From: Candidatus Micrarchaeia archaeon
Lineage (GTDB): Archaea; Micrarchaeota; Micrarchaeia; CAILAH01
Reading direction: 5' to 3'
DNA: 11,668 bases
Assembly: GCA_049970015.1 (NCBI GenBank)
Contig: JBMFNT010000023.1
Span: 1-11,668 of the forward strand
Positions 1-6,244 of this stretch are shown piece after piece. The notes beneath the pieces were generated by a model, which saw only the letters and a list, made by a program, of their open reading frames with translations, had not been told where the DNA came from and made no database searches. Position 1 is the first letter of the stretch, and each line of letters starts with the position of its first letter. The position numbers and the translations under genes are program-made.

Positions 1-417
1 GCTTATGCACCGGTTGAAAATATGCTCATTGACCACCAGGAACGTTAAGATTGTTGCTGGGTTGATTGCTTATGCATCAGTTGAAAATATGCTCATTGAC
101 CACCAGGAACGTTAAGATTGTTGCTGGGTTGATTGCTTATGCACCGGTTGAAAATATGCTCATTGACCACCAGGAACGTTAAGATTGTTGCTGCGTTGAT
201 TGCTTATGCACTGGTTGAAAATATGCTCATTGGACATCATGAATGTTAAGATTGTTGCGGGGTTGATTGCTTCTGCACCGGTTGAAAATATGCTCATTGG
301 ACATCATGAATGTTAAGATTGTTGCGGGTTGATTGCTTATGCATCGGTTGAAAATATGCTCATTGGACATCATGAATGTTAAGATTGTTGCGGGGTTGAT
401 TGCTTCTGCACTGGTTG
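1..417. repeat. Imperfect tandem repeat, 67-bp unit (one 66-bp unit), 6 full units plus a partial one; probably continues left of the window
   Basis: Units start at 1, 68, 135, 202, 269, 335 and 402. Unit 1 is gcttatgcaccggttgaaaatatgctcattgaccaccaggaacgttaagattgttgctgggttgatt. Units 1-3 carry gaccaccaggaacg and units 4-6 carry ggacatcatgaatg. Confidence 0.97.
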
Positions 418-762
418 GGGTGCCTGCTTCTGCACTGGTTGTTTCTGAGGTGTTTCAAACACATCCACCAATAAGCCACCACTATACTCAACAACAAGGT
501 TGTACGTAAATGATAGCACTGCACCTAAAACCGCGCCATATATAGCTCCCACTACTGGTAGTATTATGAAGGAAAGCAGGGTTATTGCAAGGCTTATACC
601 ACCAACAACAAGGTCAGTGCCGGCACTTAACAAATTAACAAGCGAGATTATGGCAAGCACACCTCCATAAACAAGCCCAACAAGAAGGAAAAATAACATG
701 TGTACTAATGAGCACACCTTTGCTGCCCTGGCCACATCTATATGCTTGATAACATATCTCAT
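379..762 (-). CDS. Small integral membrane protein, DUF3566-like, with a Q/P-rich C-terminal tail
   Basis: 127 aa. N-terminal IKHIDxxxAAK, two long hydrophobic segments and C-terminal YNLVxxxSGGLxV match the DUF3566 pattern as I recall it. GGTGATG lies upstream (774-780, - strand). Confidence 0.75.
   Translation of the reverse strand: MRYVIKHIDVARAAKVCSLVHMLFFLLVGLVYGGVLAIISLVNLLSAGTDLVVGGISLAITLLSFIILPVVGAIYGAVLGAVLSFTYNLVVEYSGGLLVDVFETPQKQPVQKQAPQPVQKQSTPQQS
401..441. repeat. 17-bp perfect direct repeat at 24-bp period, encoding QPVQKQ twice
   Basis: tgcttctgcactggttg at 401-417 and 425-441, inside the 3' end of the 379..762 gene. Confidence 0.9.
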
Positions 763-828
763 ATATCTAAGATCATCACCAAAGTTTAAAAAATAGTTGT
801 ATATAATATTATTGCAAATGGTGATTTG
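763..828. promoter_or_regulatory. Divergent archaeal promoter region
   Basis: AT-rich 66-bp gap between divergent genes. TATA-like TTTTTAAA on - (792-785) and TATATAA on + (800-806). GGTGAT RBS-like motifs occur on both strands (820-825 +, 780-775 -). Confidence 0.6.
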
Positions 829-1608
829 ATGAGGTATATATTTGTGATTCCAATTATACTGCTTTTTATGCTAATGTTAGGGTGCATCGGACAGGGTGAA
901 ACAACCCAGACAACACCTGGGAAGGAAGAGGGTGGAGAGAAAGAAGTGCAAAAACCTGTTACTGATGTTTTCAAAGAAACCCCAAAGATTGCTTTCATCG
1001 AGTATCCCACTGAGCTCAATGCTGGAGAGAATGCATTGTTCAGGTGGTCAGTAAGCGGTGCAAAGGGTACCGTATCGCACACTGCAGTGCATTACGGTAA
1101 GATAAGTACACCTATAGTTGATGAAAAGACCTCCCCAGAAAACACAAACTATAACCTTATGATTGAAGAATCATCCGGCAAGGCTTTGACTGTGCCAGGA
1201 GAGTTTAATGGTGCTGTACAGATAACTGAGCCTGGGACATATTATGCGAGGGCGCACACAGTTGTTGAGGGAAAACACATATGGAGCAATGAGATCGTAT
1301 TTACAGTCAAAGGTGAGAAAGGACAGCCTGTAAGAGAGTTTACAATCAAAGTTAGTGATACAGGGTTTGAGCCAAGCGAAGTTAAGGTAAACAAAGGAGA
1401 CCTTGTAAAACTACATTTTGAGGTTGCAAAGGAAGGAACACACCCTAGTGGAGTGCGCATAATAAGCCCAGCATGGCAAAGCGCACCAATACTTATGCCT
1501 GGGGATGGATACGATGCTGAAATTACTGCAACAGACTCATTTGAGTACAGGCTGTTCTGGGCTGCAGGCAACCTTCTGAAAGCAACTGGAAAAGTCACTG
1601 TGGAGTAA
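829..1608 (+). CDS. Secreted lipoprotein with an Ig-like middle domain and a C-terminal cupredoxin-like (EfeO/Cupredoxin_1-type) domain
   Basis: Hydrophobic signal ending in the lipobox LGC, then a T/E/G/K linker and a beta-rich domain (PGTYYARA). The C-terminus FTIKVSDTGFEPSEVKVNKGDLVKLHF...TGKVTVE is typical of cupredoxin folds. ATG 829 chosen because it follows GGTGAT. Confidence 0.75.
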   Translation: MRYIFVIPIILLFMLMLGCIGQGETTQTTPGKEEGGEKEVQKPVTDVFKETPKIAFIEYPTELNAGENALFRWSVSGAKGTVSHTAVHYGKISTPIVDEKTSPENTNYNLMIEESSGKALTVPGEFNGAVQITEPGTYYARAHTVVEGKHIWSNEIVFTVKGEKGQPVREFTIKVSDTGFEPSEVKVNKGDLVKLHFEVAKEGTHPSGVRIISPAWQSAPILMPGDGYDAEITATDSFEYRLFWAAGNLLKATGKVTVE

Positions 1609-1616
1609 AGCAATTC

Positions 1617-1640
1617 CTTATTTTTTCATTTTGGTTTTGT
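1617..1640 (+). terminator. Possible archaeal oligo-T terminator
   Basis: cttattttttcattttggttttgt follows shortly after the 1608 stop. Confidence 0.35.
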
Positions 1641-1642
1641 AT

Positions 1643-2281
1643 ATGTTCAAGGCCGTGCTTTTTGATATGGATGGGGTAATATCCGATACCGAGCCTGTAC
1701 ATGAGAGTGCTGATGAGAAAGTTCTCAATGAGTATGGGGTAAATGTGGATGAAAGGTGGAAGGGCATAAAAGGGCTAAGGCAGATTGATGTTTTCACAAA
1801 AGCAATAGAAATGTATGGAATAAAGGAAACACCAGAGGTGCTTGTAAAAAAGAAAATGAGGTATTACAAGGAAGAAATACATAGAATAACTGTCTTCAAT
1901 TCAGTGTTGGAAGTTATTGCTAAACTTAAAGGCAAATATATGCTCGGGCTTGTGAGCTCGAGCCCAAAAGAGTGTGTTGATGCTGTAGTGAACAAGTATC
2001 ATCTGGGAAAGTTTTTTGATGTAATAATAACGGGGGATGATGTAAAGGAAGGCAAGCCTTCTCCTGAACCTTACTTAAACGCTGCAAAAAGGCTGGGTTG
2101 TGCCGCTTCGGAATGTATAGTTGTTGAGGATTCAATAAATGGTGTGAAAAGCGCAAAAGCGGCTGGGATGAAATGTGTTGGGATCACAAATTCATTTCCG
2201 CGGCAGGATCTACTAATGGCGGGAGCTGATGAAGTTATAGATTACATAGATGATCTGCCAAAATTACTTGAAAGTATTTAA
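1643..2281 (+). CDS. HAD-superfamily hydrolase, subfamily IA (beta-phosphoglucomutase/sugar-phosphatase-like)
   Basis: Motif I FDMDGVISDTE, motif II VSSS, motif III GKPSPEPY, motif IV VEDSINGVKSAKAAGM. ATG 1643 preferred over TTG 1631. Confidence 0.92.
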   Translation: MFKAVLFDMDGVISDTEPVHESADEKVLNEYGVNVDERWKGIKGLRQIDVFTKAIEMYGIKETPEVLVKKKMRYYKEEIHRITVFNSVLEVIAKLKGKYMLGLVSSSPKECVDAVVNKYHLGKFFDVIITGDDVKEGKPSPEPYLNAAKRLGCAASECIVVEDSINGVKSAKAAGMKCVGITNSFPRQDLLMAGADEVIDYIDDLPKLLESI

Positions 2282-3567
2282 TCCCAATTTACTTGCAAAA
2301 AATGTGTTGCACAACTCATGCATGGGTCATACGCGCGTATGAGTATTTCAATCTCGCGCTCTATATGCTCACGCGTGGCGCCCGCATTGAGCATTTGCTG
2401 AACAAGCATTCCTATATCCTTCTCCATCATTACTTGGTTTTGTGCTGTTGGTATTACAATATCGGCCATTGAAACATTTCCCGCAGAATCAAACTCCAAG
2501 TAATAGTAAAGTGTACCGCGTGGGGCCTCAACAATCCCTGTACCTCCGGCTGACCTCGGCTCAAAAACGGGTGGCCTCTCTTCTTTAAACTCAGTACTCT
2601 CAAGGATCTCGAGTGAATGGTCAAGCGCATGCACAATCTCGATTGCTTGCGCAAGATTGTTGTGGTATATATTTTTTGAAGGAAATACTGAAAGGTACTT
2701 CCCAACATCCTTCCTGGTATTCTTATGCAATGTGTCCTTGCCAAGGTTCATCCTTGCAATCGCCCCGACCATATACGTGTCCCCTTCATACAGAAATCCC
2801 TCTGCTTGAGAATAGGGTATCACAACACGATTCAGGTAATCAGTAAAGTTGAAGTCTGGTATACAAACCCCTTTGGAATCTGCAATGTAACCTTCCCAAA
2901 AGTTATACTTGTCACTTACGGTTGCAATGTAATTAGTGTCCCTTTCCAATGATTTGTCCCATTCATAGAACAAATCGACAAATTCAATGGCTGTATCCCT
3001 TTCTTCCTTTATCATTTTTATAAGCATGGCAACATCATCTTTTTTTGGAACATGCAGAAAACCACCTATTGTTGGAAGGGTAGGATGAACCGCCCTGCCA
3101 GCAATGATATTTCCCATTGAATTCCCGACTTCTTTTATGTGAAGTGCCTTGTGAAGTAATTCCTTCTCTTCTTCACTCTTAAAATCAAGCACTGAATCCT
3201 TACCTAAAAGGTCCGGCAGGCAGAAAAAAAACAAATGCATCGCATGATCCCGTATATGAAGGCCATTCATGGTTAGGTGTTTTAGGGCCTTTGACTGTTC
3301 TGATACTGGAATATCAAATATATGCTCTATGCATTCTATGCACCCCATCAGGTGTGCCGTACTGCACGTGCCACATATCCTGGAAACCAGCTGATGAACA
3401 CTGTTAAACCTTCTTCCTATCGCAGCTTCCTTGAAGAACCGCATATTTTCAAACACGCGCAGCTTAACATGCTCAACTTCACCACTCCTAACTTTCACAT
3501 CAAGGCCTGCATGCCCCTCAATCTTGCTTATGTTGTTCAGTGTAATTTCAAAATCTTCCTTGTGCAT
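2278..3567 (-). CDS. hydA: [NiFe] hydrogenase large (alpha) subunit, group 3b/sulfhydrogenase-like
   Basis: 429 aa. N-terminal KIEGH, L1 motif RICGTCSTAH, EAPRGTL and L2 motif RAYDPCMSCATH, followed by a short C-terminal extension (FLQVNWD) of the type cleaved on maturation. Confidence 0.93.
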   Translation of the reverse strand: MHKEDFEITLNNISKIEGHAGLDVKVRSGEVEHVKLRVFENMRFFKEAAIGRRFNSVHQLVSRICGTCSTAHLMGCIECIEHIFDIPVSEQSKALKHLTMNGLHIRDHAMHLFFFCLPDLLGKDSVLDFKSEEEKELLHKALHIKEVGNSMGNIIAGRAVHPTLPTIGGFLHVPKKDDVAMLIKMIKEERDTAIEFVDLFYEWDKSLERDTNYIATVSDKYNFWEGYIADSKGVCIPDFNFTDYLNRVVIPYSQAEGFLYEGDTYMVGAIARMNLGKDTLHKNTRKDVGKYLSVFPSKNIYHNNLAQAIEIVHALDHSLEILESTEFKEERPPVFEPRSAGGTGIVEAPRGTLYYYLEFDSAGNVSMADIVIPTAQNQVMMEKDIGMLVQQMLNAGATREHIEREIEILIRAYDPCMSCATHFLQVNWD

Positions 3568-3571
3568 TCTA

Positions 3572-4060
3572 TCACGTCCCCGTATTGAACATATCTAGGT
3601 ATTTGCCAAGCACCTTAATAAAATTGGCCTCTACCATAGGGCATCCCATAATATAATCATCTACTTTCACAAACTTGTTTATAGGCTCAACATTGCTATG
3701 CAGGCCATACCTATATATCCGTTCTTTTATCATGTTTTTAATGGGTTCGCTAAACACATTCCTCTGGGCTGAAGGCATTCCTGTACATGCACACGATCCC
3801 ACTGCAACAACATATTTAGAGATTTTTCTTATATATCTGAGCTCTTCTTCTTCCTTATCTGTGCTTATTGCCCCTTCAACAAAAAACACATCAACATCAT
3901 GAATATCATGTAAATCAACACCTTTCCTAAGTGCCTTAAAATACACAAAATCTATGCGTTCCGTCCAGTCAAAAAAATTCTTGTTCAGAAGTTCAAGGAA
4001 AAGTACTGTACTATCCTCACTGCAGGTGAACGTAATCCATCCTATCTTCAGCTTTCCCAT
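3572..4060 (-). CDS. hydD: Short [NiFe] hydrogenase small (delta) subunit, NuoB/Oxidored_q6-type domain only
   Basis: 162 aa from ATG 4060. DVFFVEGAI, VAVGSCACTG and VKVDDYIMGCP motifs. Lies 4 bp upstream of the large subunit. The N-terminal Cys motif is atypical (TCSEDS). Confidence 0.85.
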   Translation of the reverse strand: MGKLKIGWITFTCSEDSTVLFLELLNKNFFDWTERIDFVYFKALRKGVDLHDIHDVDVFFVEGAISTDKEEEELRYIRKISKYVVAVGSCACTGMPSAQRNVFSEPIKNMIKERIYRYGLHSNVEPINKFVKVDDYIMGCPMVEANFIKVLGKYLDMFNTGT

Positions 4061-4121
4061 CAATATTTATTAAGTGAGGAAGTTTATAATTTTTATAAAT
4101 ATTGTCAATTCCATACAAACC
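4061..4121. promoter_or_regulatory. Symmetric divergent promoter with back-to-back TATA boxes
   Basis: tttataa-ttt-ttataaa (4083-4099) is a perfect inverted repeat. Each TTATAAA ends 22 nt before an ATG (4060 on -, 4122 on +). A 10-bp inverted repeat is also present: caatatttat (4061-4070) / ataaatattg (4095-4104). Confidence 0.7.
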
Positions 4122-4568
4122 ATGGATTATTGTATAGATGACAAAAACCTATGCAATGAACTAGAGACAAGAGGGATTGGGTATAGGGATGGTGATAAAT
4201 ACTATGTTAGCATGCTTGAGGCTGCATACCTGACAGAGATAGGAAAGCTTGACTGTGCAGATGCGCTAAAAACAGTAAATGGGACTGAGAGGTTAAAGAA
4301 GAGGTATATCATTTTCAAAGATCTGCGCAAGAAGATGCATACTGCAAATTATGTGGAAAGGGATGACCTGTTTCTTGTTTGTGAGAAAGGTATGGTTCCA
4401 AAGAGTGTGGAAAGCAAATATGTGGTTGTGCCTGTTGAAAAAGATATAACGTTGGAAAGAATGATAGAGCTGCAGAAGATTGCCTTAAATGTGCGCAAAG
4501 TATTTATTTGTGCATTGGTAGTAAATAATTCAGTTGAATACTATAAATTTCAATGGGTGGAGTTATGA
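4122..4568 (+). CDS. tRNA-splicing endonuclease (EndA)-like protein, probably a non-catalytic structural subunit
   Basis: 148 aa from ATG 4122. SMLEAAYLTEIGKL, RYIIFKDLRKK, KIALNVRKVFICALV and the terminal VEYYKFQW follow the EndA unit pattern. The catalytic Tyr and His motifs are degenerate. Confidence 0.8.
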   Translation: MDYCIDDKNLCNELETRGIGYRDGDKYYVSMLEAAYLTEIGKLDCADALKTVNGTERLKKRYIIFKDLRKKMHTANYVERDDLFLVCEKGMVPKSVESKYVVVPVEKDITLERMIELQKIALNVRKVFICALVVNNSVEYYKFQWVEL

Positions 4569-4999
4569 AAATGAATGAATGCAATCTTTGCAGAGAACTG
4601 CTGGAGATGGAAAACGTTGTTGTGGTGGGGAAGCATTCTTTCGTACTCGTAAACCTTCGTGCAATCAAAGATGGGCATATAATGGTGCTTCCCATACGCC
4701 ATGTTGAGGAATACACAGAACTTACAGAGCAGGAATCAAAGGAGATGTTCGGATTTGTGGAAAAGATGTCGCACATACTACACAAGGAATATGGAAATCC
4801 ATCGTTAACTGTTATAAACCCTGCTCACAGAAGGTCAGAACGCCATGTACATATACACCTCATTCCTAGCAAGTACGGCGCACGAGAGTACATATCAATG
4901 GTTGAAAATGTCCCTGCAAATGCTGAGGTTGCAGCACATGTAAGGAAGGAGATTAGAGACAGGTTGCAAAGAGCACTTGGTATTACAGGTAAAATCTAA
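4565..4999 (+). CDS. HIT (histidine triad) family nucleotide hydrolase
   Basis: CNLC, GHIMVLPIRH and HVHIHLIP. ATGA overlap with the upstream stop at 4565-4568; ATG 4571 is an alternative start. Confidence 0.9.
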   Translation: MKMNECNLCRELLEMENVVVVGKHSFVLVNLRAIKDGHIMVLPIRHVEEYTELTEQESKEMFGFVEKMSHILHKEYGNPSLTVINPAHRRSERHVHIHLIPSKYGAREYISMVENVPANAEVAAHVRKEIRDRLQRALGITGKI

Positions 5000-5631
5000 T
5001 ATGAATACTTACATATGCTCTTTATAGGACATGAAGTACATTTTGGGTTGTTTTTTGTGCAGTAGAGCTTTGCGTGCTCAACGAGCAATGCATGCATCTC
5101 ATTATACCTCTTTACACTTCTACCTAATGAATCCTCAAACATCTCCCTTAGTGTATCATAATCCTCAACATATTCCCCAGTTACCCTGCTATATATTCTC
5201 TTAGTGTACGCATCAATGACAAATATTGGCTTTTTAAAGGCATACAATAGCATTGAATCTGCAGTTTCTTTCCCAATACCATTTATAGAAAGCAACTGTT
5301 TGCGCGCTTCCATAACATCTAAGCGTTTAATTGCATCAAAGTCAATCGATTTGCAGAACTCTTTCAACCTTTTTGCCTTCTGTTTGTAAAAACCGGAAGA
5401 TTGTATTGCCTTCTCAAGCACTTCATCCTCACACTCTAATATTCTCTTGTAATCAAGCAATCCTTCCTTCTCCATCTCTCTTATTGCCTTCTCAACATTT
5501 CTCCAGCTAGTGTTTTGTGTTAGTATTGCGCCTACACAGACCTCAAACGGTGTTTTTGCCGGCCACCAGTGCTGTGGGCCGTACTCTTCATAAAATATAT
5601 TAAACATCTGCCTAATTAGATGGTTTTTCAT
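4996..5631 (-). CDS. Endonuclease III-related HhH-GPD DNA glycosylase with a C-terminal [4Fe-4S] motif
   Basis: WWPAKTPFEVCVGAILTQNTSWRNVEKA, HhH LLSINGIGKETADS, VIDAY and C-x6-C-x2-C-x5-C (CTKNNPKCTSCPIKSIC). Start is 5631 or 5637. Confidence 0.92.
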   Translation of the reverse strand: MKNHLIRQMFNIFYEEYGPQHWWPAKTPFEVCVGAILTQNTSWRNVEKAIREMEKEGLLDYKRILECEDEVLEKAIQSSGFYKQKAKRLKEFCKSIDFDAIKRLDVMEARKQLLSINGIGKETADSMLLYAFKKPIFVIDAYTKRIYSRVTGEYVEDYDTLREMFEDSLGRSVKRYNEMHALLVEHAKLYCTKNNPKCTSCPIKSICKYSY

Positions 5632-6220
5632 GTTCATACCTTACAAGTGGGTTGGGTGGTAATACTTCTGGTGCATGCTCCATCCCAGTTATACTTTCCT
5701 CACTAACAAATATGTAATTTGCCGATGAAAGCGTCTTGTACAACTTCTTTTTTGAGTTTAGGAGGTACGGCTCGTCAATTATCTTTGATATGCCGCTCCA
5801 TATGCTAAACCAGCTTGCAACCGTAAGTACCTCTCTAAGCAATACCGGTACTGTATAATACTCCTGCATAACAAAAACTACTGCCACCAGAAATATGCCT
5901 GCGAGCAGGTATCTTATCCCTCTTTCCTGATATGTCTGTATATCTCTTTCGACTTGTGTGTGCATCTTTGAAAAATAATGTTTTATTCTGCGGATTATAA
6001 TCTTCTCATCATCCTGGTTCCTGTTTTTCTTAGGTATTGAGATATATACATCAACAGGCCATTGCAGGTGGTCTACACCAACACGCTTGATAAGCTCAGA
6101 TATAAAATCTTCAGATAATGTGCGCTTTGTATACGGAGATATGTCAAAATCAGAGAATATATCCTCATAACTGTCCAGTGCAATATCTATGTTCTTGATA
6201 TCAACACCGGCTGCTTTCAT
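5612..6220 (-). CDS. Hypothetical membrane protein (acidic N-terminal domain, helical linker, 2 TM helices)
   Basis: 202 aa. IDIALDSYEDIFSDFDISPYTKRTLSEDF N-terminus and two hydrophobic segments (YLLAGIFLVAVVFVM; VLTVASWFSIWSGI). GGGATGA lies upstream of the ATG. Confidence 0.75.
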   Translation of the reverse strand: MKAAGVDIKNIDIALDSYEDIFSDFDISPYTKRTLSEDFISELIKRVGVDHLQWPVDVYISIPKKNRNQDDEKIIIRRIKHYFSKMHTQVERDIQTYQERGIRYLLAGIFLVAVVFVMQEYYTVPVLLREVLTVASWFSIWSGISKIIDEPYLLNSKKKLYKTLSSANYIFVSEESITGMEHAPEVLPPNPLVRYEHEKPSN

Positions 6221-6244
6221 AATATCATCCCAAAGTAAAAATGA

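Noticed and set aside
1..417. CRISPR array (66-67 bp period; GTTGAAA resembles the start of some archaeal repeats)
   Set aside because: There are no unique spacers. The whole unit is repeated and includes the 3' end of the adjacent gene, and no cas genes are in the window.
1..417. Replication-origin ORB/iteron array or TIGR-like guide array
   Set aside because: No ORB-like TCCAxTGGAAA plus G-string, no convincing box C/D motif pairs, too little variable sequence, and no cdc6/orc1 or Nop-domain gene in view.
786..1613. ORFs 786..1082 (-) and 1242..1613 (-)
   Set aside because: Antisense shadows of the lipoprotein gene with no recognisable motifs.
1926..3902. Small ORFs 1926..2156, 2454..2744, 2613..2846, 2725..2952, 3322..3588, 3675..3902
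   Set aside because: They lie within or antisense to the well-supported HAD and hydrogenase genes.
4074..4121. GTG start at 4074 for the endonuclease-like gene
   Set aside because: The extension runs through the AT-rich promoter. ATG 4122 fits the TATA spacing.
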